This document shows positions 12,490 to 26,320 of a DNA stretch of 64,000 nt, in pieces. The position numbers and the translations under genes were made by a program. The DNA is taken from the NCBI GenBank assembly GCA_053919585.1, contig CM132796.1; one strand, given 5' to 3'. The first letter of the stretch is position 1, and every line of letters begins with the position of its first letter. The notes under the pieces are model-generated. The model did no database searches, was not told the DNA's origin, and was given only the letters and a program-made list of their open reading frames with translations. The DNA is from Euprymna scolopes. Its lineage: Eukaryota.

Positions 12490-13378
12490 TCTATCTATAC
12501 TCCTATAAATTCGTTTTCTTTTGTGTGTATTGATATTCATATTAAAAACTCCCTTTCATATTTATTTACAAAGAAAATGCAATTTTCTTATATATGGATT
12601 GTAGAATTGCATTCACTAGACAAAAAAACATGCTAATTTGTATATTCTTTTTAACATTCATTTTAATTAATTCCCTATTAGTTGCTTCGGTTTTCCAATG
12701 TGATAATCATCTTTAGTTAATTATTACGTGTAATTATATTCATACAGATATTCTACATTATTTATACTTGCATAATATTTGCGTAAAAAGTTTATAGTAA
12801 AAACAAAGCTGTTTCCATATATATTTATTTATACGTATATATTTTTAACAAATTTTGCCTACCAAACTCCTAGAGTTTTTGGTCTACATACAGGAAACTT
12901 CATATATAAGGTATTTGTATCCATGCAAAACTTTATACTTGGGTTTTAGCCCGGAAAAATCGGTGAAAAAGTGTGAAAATTAAAAAAATAAATAAATTTG
13001 GCAGGTCAAGATCGAAGGCTAGCATTACGAATGCATAACGTAGTAGCTATTGGTTCATGTTTTAATTTTTAGCCTTGCAGTAAGCATGTTTTCATAGCCC
13101 AGTCATTGACAGCAGATGCAAAATAAATCGTGAGCTGAACTCGATTCTGGTGCACGAGTCTTTTTTTGTCTTTAATACTTTTAAAATCATGGAGATAGAT
13201 TGGATGCAATATATCTATTTGTAAAAATGAAAATGTCTGTCTTTTCTCTATGGTAGTTAAGGAAGATTATTACACAGAAAGGCATTACTTTACATATTCA
13301 CACTTTTTAATAAATACATATGCACATAACCTTATGAACAGTACACAGGGCTCGGGCAAAACCGGGCGGAACTGCTAG
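12490..13378 (+). mobile_element. Non-autonomous Helitron-like element
   Basis: 5' A|TCTATCTATACT; 3' hairpin CTCGG-GCAAAA-CCGGG followed by CTAG|T. Confidence 0.6.
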
Positions 13379-14467
13379 TTTTTAATAGAGTATTGTCGTT
13401 TTATTTAGATAAGTGAGCTTTGAGATTTGTCGAACGGAAAAATCTACACGGAATTACAAATAAAATCGTTTATTAAATTCAAAGATGTAGCATGATCACG
13501 TTTCCTCATTCGCAATTGTATTTTTGGTCAGCACATTTCGGATTGAACATTATCACTTACTGTGTTATAGCTCTATGTGTACGAATCTTTTTCTCACAAT
13601 TTAAGTTAGTTATGAATCTTAACGTATTTTATGGAGCATAATGAACGAAATTCCTCTTAGTTAAATATCCAAATATTTCGGATTTACATTATATTTGATA
13701 AATAGCCATTGGAAACCAGGTAAGCGAGATTCAGTGAACTTCTCGCTTTAGCTTTAATTTAAAGACAATTTCTGGAAGTAAAATGACATGCAATTTTTTT
13801 AATAAATCGATGATATCCATTCTCAGTATAAGGTTTAATATCAGTATCTCTTGATTTTAATGCTTATTTAAACTTTAATGCAAAACGCGTCCGTTAAATT
13901 ATTAAAAACAACTTTCAGACATTTAGTGATTATAATGGTGCATAATAATCATTATCGCCTCCAATCTTTATTAAGTATTTACTCCTGTATTTTGTTCTAA
14001 ATTTTCCCTATTTTTCTATCTTTACTTTCGATGCTCAGTTGCAGACTCTTATCGATCTTTTTTATAAATATTTTTGAAGACTCTTGACCTCTGTATAATG
14101 TTAAATATAGTATAGCCTTATAAATAAGCATTATAGATTCATATCTATGAAGTATAGTTAAAATTATCATCCTGAAGGCGTCTCGAGAAAATAAATCAAT
14201 CATTCAGAGTCCAACCTCAACTTTAAAAATAGCAAATTTAAACGCCTTCAATAAGTGCATTCATTAAAATGTCGAATTTCTCTGCTTCCTACAGAGACGA
14301 CTGTAGTACAACTATAACGGGCGATCTTTTATGCTCCAGAATTTTTCTACATAGTCACAATCACTGACAATACACTTTCATACAGATATTCTACATGATT
14401 TATACTTGCATAATATTTGCGTAAAAGGTTTATAGTAAAAACAAAATTGTTTCCATACATATTTATT

Positions 14468-14883
14468 CACAGAAGAGACGTTGCGAGCCTATCCTTGTTT
14501 TATCGTTATTTCCATGGTAGGTGCTCGTCTGAACTCCAATCTTTGGTCCCCCTCGCCAATCTTTCACGAAAAACACCCGTCTAGCTGAATCCACTGTGAA
14601 AAATCTCCCCCACTCTATATCTGTGCCTAAATCAAAACGCGGATTCCATGAACAAAGCTTCTTTCTTAGAACTGCACGCCTGTGGAACTCGGTTCCGTCT
14701 GCCTGCTTCCCACCGGACTACAGCTTGCGTGTCTTCAAGTCCAATGTTAACAAATTCCTAATGAACCGCCCCCTTAATTAAACACTTCATCAAATCTCCA
14801 TACTAACGTAATGTACTTGCAATAAACCTCATCCCTGAGTGTCTTCCGGGCCTTGATAAGTGGTGATCACTGTGTAAAAAAAA
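14468..14883 (+). mobile_element. 5'-truncated CR1-group LINE 3' end
   Basis: HRRDVASLSLFYRYFHGRCSSEL and SFFLRTARLWNS motifs, A-rich tail; same family as 48001-51100. Confidence 0.88.
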
Positions 14884-16030
14884 TGTACGATGGCTCTGTC
14901 GTAGATGTCTGGAGCATGATTTGTCACTCGCCTCTTTGTCGCCACCATGAAATCAACGAACCCATCTCTTAAGTGGGACCACATGCGACTGTTGATCGGT
15001 TCAATCTTTTCTGCATGGACGAATACGATAACGAATCTTTCCTTCCTACACCCATCGATTAAAAAGTGTTTTTTTTGTAGTCTCACATCGTCAATTTCTG
15101 CAACAGAAAGATCAAACTTTTAGGTCATAAATGCATGATTTCAATTAGCATAATAATGCCAATTGCAACTCATGATACCTTAGGATGGAACAAAAAATAC
15201 GATATTACTTTCGGAACGTATCTCGTATAGAAATACTGTATATTTACAGTAGTATTACATAATATATTTTTCGTAATCAAGCAGACACACATGCTGTACA
15301 ATGAGAGTAATAAATATGGATCTATACATGGGAAAGCATATACATAACCAACGTTGCCGAAAACTCTTACATTTTCATGTTGATGTTTCTTTCTTTTTAT
15401 TTTTATGTAATAATCTTTACTGTTTTATTTTGGTGATACGCAACTACAAAGAACTACAAACTTATATTAGCTTACCTCTTACGGCTTTTTACATTTTTTT
15501 AATCAATCTTTTTTTTTTAATTTTCAGATAAATCTTTCGCTAATTTAAAAGAAAACGGAATATTTTAGAATTTTTCTCAATTTATGGTAAGTTTTCATTA
15601 TTTATCCAACTTTTTACTCATTGAGTCACGTTCAGTACAACTATGTATGCGCTTTGAATTTTCTTTGAAAATTAATTAACTATGACTAAGGTATAGAATT
15701 GAGTCTTTAAGAACAAACATATCAAGTTTGTAGATGTCGATATTATTATTAATGATGGCGATATTATTATAGTATTCCTTTTTTTTGTCATACTTCTCAC
15801 AGGGAATAAATTTTATTATTCATTATATTTATTTCGCCATCTTATTTCAAATTTTTATGGTGTTGACAATAAAAAATTGTTTTATATAGCTCACACAAAA
15901 ATGGATGAGGAGCCTAGAGTAATCCGTTGCTAAAGGAGGTGTGTAAATTCTGTTATAACTTATTGCTTACTTTTTGTTAACTAATATTGAGAAAAAATGT
16001 AGGTATTTAAATTGACCATTTAACATTTTG

Positions 16031-16032
<2 letters not shown>

Positions 16033-16095
<63 letters not shown>
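16033..16095. repeat. (TA)n microsatellite
   Basis: Pure TA run abutting the PLE-like terminus. Confidence 0.95.
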
Positions 16096-16097
<2 letters not shown>

Positions 16098-16425
16098 AAA
16101 TTTATTACTGTGAGTCCAGAATGAGTTTACAAATTGTTTCAACTAGAGGAAAATCCTCAAAGAGAGGAAAAATCCAACTAGCATCATCAGAATTCATAGA
16201 TGGACTAAGTTATAAAGTCAAATAAAAATGGAAAGATCGTAGATAAAGGGGAGTTAGAAAAGAAGGGGGAGTGGTGGGGAGAGGACGTTGGAGTTTAAAG
16301 TAGTAGGAGTGTATTAAAAAAAGAGAGGGGTTTATAATTAAATATTAATTATGTGTAAATTCTTATATACGTGTTTTTTAACGGTTTAAACTTAAAAGAC
16401 GCTACTTTTGTTTTTTCACCACTGG
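16096..16425 (-). mobile_element. Penelope-like element 3' terminus (pseudo-LTR) fragment
   Basis: Minus strand: pyrimidine-rich tract, then HHR, then AATAAA, then (TA)n. Also bounded by a TA run on the other side. Confidence 0.6.
16121..16197 (-). ncRNA. Type I hammerhead ribozyme with extended stem II
   Basis: AUGAAUU-CUGAUGA-UGCUAG...CUAGUU-GAAAC-AAUUU-GUA^AACUCAU. Stem I has 6 of 7 pairs. Confidence 0.72.
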
Positions 16426-16694
16426 TAAATATATATATATATATATATATATAACGTTATATGTCGTCTGTTATAGCCGGATACAAGTGCTAATTTCAAT
16501 GGATATAATACGCTGTATAAATACAGTGACCATAAAAATTATAAATTGATAACTTTTTATTATCAGTGAACTGATTGTATAGCCATGGCGAAACAGATGA
16601 TATTTTAAAAATAGAATAACGATATTACTTTATCATATGTGATCTTTACTATCAGAAATATTTACATCTATCCATGTTGTTCCCTTTCTCTCAA

Positions 16695-16696
16695 TC

Positions 16697-16728
<32 letters not shown>

Positions 16729-17762
16729 CATTTATAAAACTCAAATGAATTTGTAACGGGGTTGTAACCCAACATCCGGTTAACGACTGCCAGTTGCGCA
16801 TGCGTACGTAAACATAAACCCATAACAGCTTAAACAAATAAACACAAATCGATGGACCGTTTTCAATCGAACAAACGGACGTCCTTAGAAAAGCGAATAT
16901 CTTAAATTTATTGAATAAAAAACTTCAAGATATGGGAAGCAAAAGGAAAACGTGATTACAAATAATACGTATAATCATCGTCCTGTTTCATATATACGAT
17001 ATATATTATACTAAATAATCAACGTCACAATAAAACGTATTGTTTTACTGTGTACGCTTTCAGTGTCCCAATTTTTGTTTTCGTGTTTAAATTATTCAAA
17101 TAAACAATTGTTAATGCTTTCTGTTCTTTTTTTGTTTTACATCGTTCGTTTCTGTATTGAGTTTGTTATTTTAACGCAATTTTCTTACACGTAAATCTCC
17201 TTTAACACATTGACAACCATTAGAGAATTTACAACGGCGATTTATCCACCACCTTCTTGTTTTTATTTATTCTCTATTTTTTAATACATCTCCTTAAAAC
17301 ATTCGTACATTTTCTTCTAATCTACAAATATAAATATGTAAACCCAAAAATGTTTTTTTAATTGCGTTACAAATAATCAAAGCGACAATAAAACGTATTG
17401 TTTTACTGTATACGTTTTCAGCGTCCCAATTGTTTTTCCCCGTTTAAATCAAAAGATATATCAAAATTTGAATGACACTTTTAAGTATTATGGCATATGT
17501 TCAGTGCACATTTACCTATAAGTATGGCAAACCACCTATAATTCAATGGATCTAATGTTTTTTTTTCAAAAATCAACAATTATAAGCAGAACGACTCAGA
17601 AATATATCTATATTCTTTTTTCATTAATCATTAATATATACTTTCATAGAAATGTTTCTGTTATGTCACAAAAAATAGTTTCTTTCCGTCCAAAGTGTCA
17701 CGCTCATGCATTAATTCCATAGCTAATATAACATACTGACTCAACGGGTCACCGGTTGTCTA

Positions 17763-17763
<1 letters not shown>
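16695..17763 (+). mobile_element. Non-autonomous Helitron-like element
   Basis: 3' hairpin TGACTC-AAC-GGGTCA then CTAG|T. Internal ~60-bp direct repeat (~17013-17072 and ~17371-17431). 5' end uncertain. Confidence 0.5.
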
Positions 17764-17813
<50 letters not shown>

Positions 17814-17814
17814 C

Positions 17815-18830
17815 AGAGACCCACCACAGGGCCCGGTATTAGGTCCTTTGTTTCTTTTACTGACATAGATAAAAATCTGAAACACGCCATAAACATCTTT
17901 CGCTGACGACACACGAATCCTGAAGAAGACCTCCACATTACATGACTCCTGGCTTTTACAAGAGGACCGCAACAAAATTATAAAATAGGCTAATGAAAAC
18001 AATGTAGCTCTTAACGGAGACAAATTTGATCTACTCCAATACGATAATAAAGACCACCTCAAAGAAAAATTTGAATACTGATATGGCCATCAGAAAATCA
18101 CATCAAAGAAAGTAGTGAAGGATCTAAGGATTTATATGAGCAAAGATGTCACCTTTACACAACATATTGACTACATACACCACTGCGGAAGACAACTAAC
18201 AGGATGAATACTGAAAATCTTCGGAAGTAGGGATAGTGAGTGCATGCTCACATAATGGGTATCTCTTGTCTTCCTAAGCCTGGAATACTGTTGTCAGCTG
18301 TGGTTTTACAAAAATTACCAGAAATTCGCAAAATAGAAGCACCCTAGAGAACATTCACCAACAAAATATGTGAAGTAAACTAAATGAATTACTCAGAGAG
18401 ACTGAAGGATCTGTAATTGTAATTACTACAACGTCGAAGAGAACGATATAGTATTATCTATATATGGAACGATATAGTATTATCTATATATGGAACGATA
18501 TAGTATTATCTATATATGGAAAATCTTAGAAGGATCCCAAACACAACAATAGTAGAATAAAACACCAGCGGTGATGGAGGTTGTTCTATATAAAAACTAT
18601 ACCTTGAACTACAGAGGTTCATCTTCCTCATACACCAAAGCTTCACCTATTTTGGGACAAGAATATTAAACTGTATTCCTGCCACAATAAGAAATATAAT
18701 GCTGGCATGAGAAATATAAGAGTAGGCTCCGACACTTTAAAGAAACATCTGGATATCTGGTTGGAAAAGATACTTGACCAGACGTCAACACCAGGCTACC
18801 CTCAATTGTCTAGTAGGCAGGATTTCTATA
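17815..18830 (+). mobile_element. Decayed LINE RT 3' half (second CR1-group family)
   Basis: PQGxVLGPLFL, FADDT, LEYCCQLW and LQRRRERYSIIYIWKILEG motifs with many stops. Confidence 0.8.
18441..18518 (+). repeat. 26-bp tandem repeat x3 inside LINE
   Basis: gaacgatatagtattatctatatatg three times. Confidence 0.9.
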
Positions 18831-19405
18831 GGAAGTGGGTGGCCTAAGTATAGTGGAGCAATGTTTTTTTTTAATATAAACTAACCAACATTGTATTGTC
18901 CTTCAGATCCGTTATATATCAATGCTTCGTTTTCTAAAACCAGGAAGACTCAATTCAAGTGTATATTAAATCAGCGTATTGATATACATATTTATTACTA
19001 GGTTCTAATTGATGCGATTCTAGGTGATGCTGGCTCAATCCATACTACTATTTCTTATGACAAAAGATGAACTATTAGTTAATTGCTACGCTGATTATTG
19101 CTAACAGAACGAAAATTATTTAATACAGTTAATTGATAAATTGGTTTGGATCAAAATCCCCACTCAATTCAGATATATAAACATTACGTACTAAAAAATA
19201 TACTAACGGTATTGAGAAAAAGCATTAACTGGCTTAGAAAACTAATTTTCCATTCATCCACTTCAACCTGAGATAATAAATTAGTTGGTTTTAAAAAGCA
19301 AATAATACTTGTCTTTTCATAATTGATATACTTATCTGTTTCTGTCTTAGTAAGTTTTCATATTGATATCGAATACACCTTCAACAAATAGTCTGAGTGT
19401 TTTTC

Positions 19406-20114
19406 TTACAGTAATGTCCTATCGGTTAAGACCTCAAACCTTTTATTTGAAAAAAGATTAGTGCATTGCTAATCGTCTCAGATACTCTTAGTAGGTAATG
19501 CTGGCTGAGATGCTCATGTATTTGTGTAGGGCATACTAAGCTTTATCTAGTGTACTGGATCTCCCCTAATTTTCTGTTTTCCTCTTAGAGATCAGGTAAA
19601 TACATTCGTGCAGTTATTTATGACGTACCATATACAACAATAAAAGAAAGAAGTAAAGCATTCTAGACTGTGTTCTATAAAGATTAGATTAATACCATGG
19701 ATGACTTATGCTTACTCAAAGGAAAAAAATGAAAACACAGTTTAATTTAAACATAAGTGCTTGCATGATTAATTTCGCTCTACTACTTGGTCAATAAAGA
19801 AGTATGCCATTTATAGTGGCCCTAAATCAAGGTATTGTATTAGCTATACTTAAAAGCTACCCCTAATCTTCACAAAACGGTACACTTTAGATCACTTATG
19901 TCAATACCATTGGTCGGGAAGCATAATTCGTGTAGTGTAATCATTGGTCTAACGGCTATATTGTCATTGGTAGGGAAACTAGCTCCCTGAATATAATTAA
20001 CAATAAAACAAGAGGGGCATTCCCTTTTATTCAATGCTTGATATGTTATTGGCTACATTTGCTTGACGGATCGAGTAGAGTTTTCAGCGTCGTCACTTGC
20101 ATCATTACTTCTTA
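19406..20114 (+). repeat. ~710-bp direct duplication, copy 1
   Basis: Closely matches 22421-23134 (well above 90% by eye). Confidence 0.92.
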
Positions 20115-22420
20115 GAGATACGATATCTTTCTAGAATCTCCGTTAGTGAAACTATATGCTCTATGAAAAAAGCCACAACGCCTCTTTTTATTTTTATAAA
20201 CCATATTTATTTTTTCATTTGAAAAAAACATTTTAAAACATAGAGCGTGGAGCTGGTATATGATTGTCACTGCAAGTCTCACCATTCAACTAGTTGAAAC
20301 TGACCGTTAAATCGCCTTTAACTGTTTCCTGATGTTACGTAGTTTGTCCGAGCTGAATGATTATGATCGTTATTGATATTTGTAAAAATAGAAACAGAAT
20401 TAATGCTATCAAAGCGAGAGGTACTTTTAAGATAAAATTATTTGTTAAATAAAAAAAAATGTTAATTTGGTGAACAGATACGTGCAAGCCGAATCATCAG
20501 ACTTGCGTGTTCGTTCATGTGGCGTTAATGACGTAACCCAATACGTTCAGAGTTGAATAGAAATTAGTCAAGATTTGGAAATCAAAGTTAGCAGACACAG
20601 TCGGTAGTTAGAAGGGGAGAGACGGTTCGCGGATTGTAATGACTTCGAGGACGGAAGACTGTCAGGACATGTCGATAGTTAAACTCTAGGATCAGCGTTG
20701 TATCTTTTTGACGGAATTAAGTTGCTAAAAAACAACACGAGATTTGGTGATTCGTTGAGATGAATCATTGCACCTTCCCATCAAGCGCAACCAGGTAAAT
20801 CTGATCTTTCCACCTGTAAACCTAGATTAGATTAAACATCTTGCTGATGTGCGGTAACATCCAGAAATGTTTTTAAATGTTGGCGACTCAAAAACTCTTA
20901 AGCTCCTCAAAACAGGTTCTGTATCATCGTGCCATATTGAATAAATTTTTAAGAGCATTCATATCGATTTTCCTGTACCTTCATATATCGTTGCCTTTAT
21001 CATCTATGTTGTGTTAGTATATCGGCAACCCAATGACATAAACAATACTATGTTGTCGGTTTTAAACTAGTGCATATTTGTTTTGTAGGATTGTGTAAAA
21101 AGAAAACGAATTGAAGCAAAAAAATAAATAAATAACGTGAAAGTTTTACTGCTTTGTCCTGAAGAAAAAAATCTGACAAGACAATCCCAAACTCAAAGTA
21201 AAAATGGGAAAATACTTTTGCAATCAATATTGGATTGTATCCTGAGATTTCCTTGGGCGCACTAACATTTTGTCATATTTGAAGATGATTTTGACATCTG
21301 TAAATGCCAGTATCGCACCACTCCTCTATGCTGCTTTCACACAATTCAAACCGCGCTATTGTTTTCAAAAAGGATTATTCTACACTAGCAAAGAGACCCG
21401 ACCTTGACAGGGATTGACTGACTGAATAACACTTAAAAAAAGGCGTGTGGTTATATTTAAATACCTTTTAATGCAGACTCCTTAAATTTTCGAATCCAGT
21501 CTGTTCTTTAACATCATATTCGCTTATTGACATTACGCCATTCACGTGGTTTCGCATTTTAGTATCTGGTTCTATCATGAATTGTGGATCAGCGCTAACA
21601 ATTGTATCGATTTAACACTAAAAACTTTATCATGCAAATTTACATTTAATTCTTAATACTATATTTTATAAAAAAAAAAAACGTTAGAAATGAACGCGAC
21701 GTTCGATAGATGAACGGATATAAAATTAAGTGACATGTTTTAAAATCAATTTCAATAGATTAATATTACTTAACCATCTCCATATACATCCAGCGTTTCA
21801 AAGAATTATCAGGTGATGCTTATGTGCAATTGTGGCTAAATATTCAGTTGTGTACTATCCTACACATTCACAAATTATTTGTTAACTTTTATGTATTTCG
21901 AGCTAAGAATTTCAGGAGTAATATTCGATACATTGCTATCAAAGCTTACTATTTTAAATTCAATCTAGTCTCTAAAAGCAGTTATCCAAACCTCACCATC
22001 GCATTTGCATATGAGATAATTAGAAATTCTGTTACTTTACCATGCCGCCAGCATATGATCATAAGCAGTAACTATCGTTGTTTTCTTGTAAGCGACTAAG
22101 CATTGTATGCTGCAAAAGCTCAGGTAAGGACACATTTCTAAATCTTTAACGTCTTCTCAGGTTGATTATAATGTTCTTTAATATCCATACTTGAAAAATT
22201 ATAAATAAAGTATAATAGAATTTTTATAGATGTGTAGTATACATTCTCAAAACATCGCACTGTGATTTTAAAGATAATGCAATATATTCATCAATGTAAA
22301 TATATATAATATAATATATTTATAAATATACCGTGGTTAGGATTGTTATATAAAATATACATCGTAATTATTCATCATTTAAATACGTTTAGAAATTATT
22401 CAAAAGATATAAAGTCTGAC

Positions 22421-23134
22421 TTACTGTAATGTCATATCAGTTAAGACCTCAAACTATTTTTTTATTTGGAAAACGATTAGTGCATTGCTAATTGTCTCAG
22501 ATGCTCTTAGTAGGTAATGCTGACTGAGATGCTCCGGTATTTGTGTAGGGCATACTAAGCTTTATCTAGTGTACTGGATCTCCCCTAATTTTCTGTTTTC
22601 TCTTTTAGAGATCAGGTAAATACATTCGTGCAGTTACTTATGACGTACCATATACTACAATAAAAGAAAGAATTAAAGCATTCTAGACTGTGTTCTATTA
22701 AGATTAGATTAATACCATGGATGACTTATGCTTACTCAAAGGAAAAAATGAAAACACAGTTTAATTTAAACATAAGTGTTTGCATGATTAATTTCGCTCT
22801 ACTACTTGGTCAATAAAGAAGCATGCCATTTATAGTGGCCCTAAACCAAGGTATTGTATTAGCTATACTTAAAAGCTACCCCTAATCTTCACAAAACGGT
22901 AAACTTTAGATCACTTATGTCAATACCATTGGTCGGGAAGCATAATTCGTGTAGTGTAATCATTGGTCTAACGGCTATATTGTCATTGGTAGGGCAACTA
23001 GCTCCCTGAATGTAATTAACAATAAAACGAAATGACCATTCCCTTTTATTCAAGGCTTGATACGTTATTGTCTACATCTGCTTGACGGATCGAATAGAAT
23101 TTTCAGCGTCGTCAATTGCATCATTAATTCTTAG
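22421..23134 (+). repeat. ~710-bp direct duplication, copy 2
   Basis: Closely matches 19406-20114. Confidence 0.92.
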
Positions 23135-25755
23135 TAAACAATCTTAGTAAACAATTAATTCTGAGTAAACAATGATGCAAAAATATAAATAAAATTATAA
23201 CAACCAAAAAAGTAGATTAATACGTAGTACAATAAATTCATCCGAATCGTTATAAAATACAGCAATTTTATAAATAAAATACCCTTTTTTTGGAGAAAGG
23301 GACGGATACCGCAAGCGAGGAGGATATTTCTAATAACCTGAATATGTTAACATAATTAAGTTGGAGCAAAAATACTAGATTCAAAGTTTGAAAGATTTTT
23401 GTTTTTTTTAAGAGGTGGTGCTTGATCAACGCGTCATGATTAAATATACACTTTTCTTTAAAATAATTGAAACGATGTTATATAGTGAACAACAGTTGAT
23501 TCCTAAAATAACATTAAGATAAATACATATTCGGGGAATGAACTTCATATAGCTTTTGCGGGAGATTGACTTACTTGCTTTCTTTTATTTTTACAGGAAA
23601 AAGGTATGCCCCTTTCCATGTAAATAAGAACATAAGATAAGTGAAAATTAGATTAGGATAAGGCGAGACTCGAACCTTGTAAGCAAGGTTAAGAAATAGA
23701 ATGTTAGAAATCGGAATGTTAAAAAGTCCTATTGTTAAATTCTATTATAAATAGTTAGATATTGTTTATATTGTGAAATCAAATAAATTGGCATTCTTTT
23801 ATGAAACTGGATATTAAAAACGTTAGCTAAAAACAGCAATACAAATTACAAATATATTGTTAAAAAATGGTTAGGTTAAAAAATAGGTTAGTTGAGAATT
23901 CTTTGTCAAAATGTGCAAGGAACACGTGTGTGTGTGAATTGGTCACGTCTTGAAACCACACTACTGACGTCATAGCAAAAAAGTGTATTCTCAATATAGG
24001 AGCTAGAGTTAGTCAGATCGAAGTAGCTGAGGCAGACGAGTTGAGTCTGTTTGTCAGCAGAGATCAGAAGAGTCAGTCAGTGGTCAGCTGCCCCTTTGGA
24101 AGCGAAGGGTAGAAGGATTAAACTATGTAGAACAAATGTGAATTTCTGACGTAATCATCATTCGACCGGTCCAAAATAATCACCATTGATATTTGTAACT
24201 GTTGCCTTACTGTCGCCATTCTACAAATTAAAAGGTAATGTGTTAATCATCTTATTATGAACATTACGTAACCCTTCCAAAATATGTACCCTTTCTCCTC
24301 GCTAATATGTTATAAAAATCCACAGAACTGTATAAATGTCTCTTCTCCTCACCATTGTTATATATGTCCCCTATGCAATATTATACACTATTTTTAAGGT
24401 TGAAAAATTTCAAGATTCTACATGGATGTCTATTTCAGTTTTCTCCCTTTGCGGAAGCTACGTTTTAGACACAGTTGTGTTTCTGTTGAACTATAATACT
24501 GTACAATTAGTTTAGAGTAGCATACACCGTTCAACCTGCTCTTCATTACTCCACCGTTACTATGATAGAATGGCTTTAGAGTTCTATGATTGCCCGAGAG
24601 CAGCCAATGATTTTGTGCGGCACGGCTTATGTTATTGTATTTGCAAATTATCTCTCTATTTTGAGTCTTCCTCTATTAAGTCTTGATGTTCTGTGTTTAA
24701 GAGGGTTTTCCCACTAGAAGATATTGTACATGCATTAGGTTGGCATGTATTCATATTGATACAATTACATGAACTTTGTACATTTTTTCAAAAATATCTA
24801 TTTATTACAAGCATGTAATCAGATAATAAAACCTTTTCTAATGCATCAGATAATAATTCATGACTGTAAACAACAAAGAAAACTGTTCGGTTAATGTAAA
24901 CATAATAGAAGACAGCTTCTTTTTATGGTTATAATCTGATACTAAATCTTTAACAATTCAATTTGTTTTGTTTTTTCTTGAATGATTAAGCTTTCTCCAC
25001 AAAATAGGGCAACGTTTTCTATTATCCTTCGTTGCAGCAAAATATGTTCCTGGAAACATTCTTTTGAAATCTGCAAACGGCCATTAGTCGAAAGGAACCA
25101 TATGCGTTGTATGCTGAAGTAATTAAAAATACAATCTATACGGTTTTGCCATCATTGCGATCAACTTGTGACACATTGTATTGAAAGAGAAAATTAAAAA
25201 AAAAACACTTTCCGTATATTTTATTTTTTTTATTTTTGGGGGGTGGGGGTTGGGTCCTCAAAGCAAACAAATACCATAGCATATTGCAACTTTTTCTATG
25301 ATCAAAGTAATTAACAAAACGCCCCGTCGATCCCGTACTAGAGGGGGTCAAGTCTTTTCTTCTGCTATGAGCCATATATACTTTATACACACCGGCTACT
25401 CTTCCATGTCGTTAACCACTGAAGAACCACAACCTCACATGCATTGTCTCTTATTTTCAACCCATCTCTTTAACGTGAAAATATAATTGGCGAATTCGAG
25501 CAACCCTTAAATTCAGCATAATTCATGTCTTAGAAACTGTTTGACGAACGAATAACACCCGTAAACTGTTGCTTTAGACTAAGTTAAAATAACACTGATA
25601 CACCTATTGTTTAAACAGTATTATTTTTATCAGTAAATGATGTTTAATCAAAACTTAAATGTATTTTTCTGTTTTAGAAAGTTAAGAATTAAAAAGAACA
25701 GCTTTACTGAACGGATCTATAAACTAATAATACGATTGAGCTTAAATTTGACGTA

Positions 25756-26320
25756 TTTTTTACAAGGCCGTCACAAATTATCAATCCTGTAGCACACTAT
25801 TGAATAAGAGTTGATGAGTGTAGTGTAGTCATCGGTACGATGTGATGGTAATTGTTACTCGTGGGAATTTTGTATTATTTGAGTATGTAAGGAGGCGGTT
25901 CAAAAGGAGCAGTTGTATATTGAATTTTAAGACGACCATATTGTAGTTATCTGGAAAGGAGGCGAAGGGAGCAGTTCCACAGGTGAGCAGATCTATGTAA
26001 GAACTTTGCTTATAGAATCCACATTTAGGCATCGATAGAGAGTGGGGGTGATTATTGATAGTGGTTGTAGCTATGAGAGTATTTTTGTGAATGTTTGGTA
26101 AGGAGGAACAATATGTTAGAATACAGAAGCGCAACTGCTAAAAAAATAACGAGAGCATGGACAGACAAGCAACGCATTTCTGTGGAAGAGGTTGCAGAGA
26201 ACAGAAAAGGGCATCACCTATTAGGTTTCGAAGCCGGTTTGAACTCTTTCCAGGCAAGGTGGGAGCTCAGAACTGTTCTAGCCAAGATATGCCAAAACTA
26301 CTCCATCCTAGTATGAAGTT
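25756..26320 (-). mobile_element. Decayed CR1-group LINE 3' end
   Basis: Reverse complement resembles 14468-14883 and 1855-2322 (HSLSMPK..GFYKQS, tail). Confidence 0.65.

Noticed and set aside
14884-15090. Coding-looking minus-strand ORF
   Set aside because: Runs into the LINE tail and has no recognisable motif
18441-18518. CRISPR-like repeat
   Set aside because: Direct tandem units with no spacers, inside a eukaryotic LINE
20481-20509. CUGAUGA within a small hairpin (minus strand)
   Set aside because: No GAAA core or stem II/III; not an HHR
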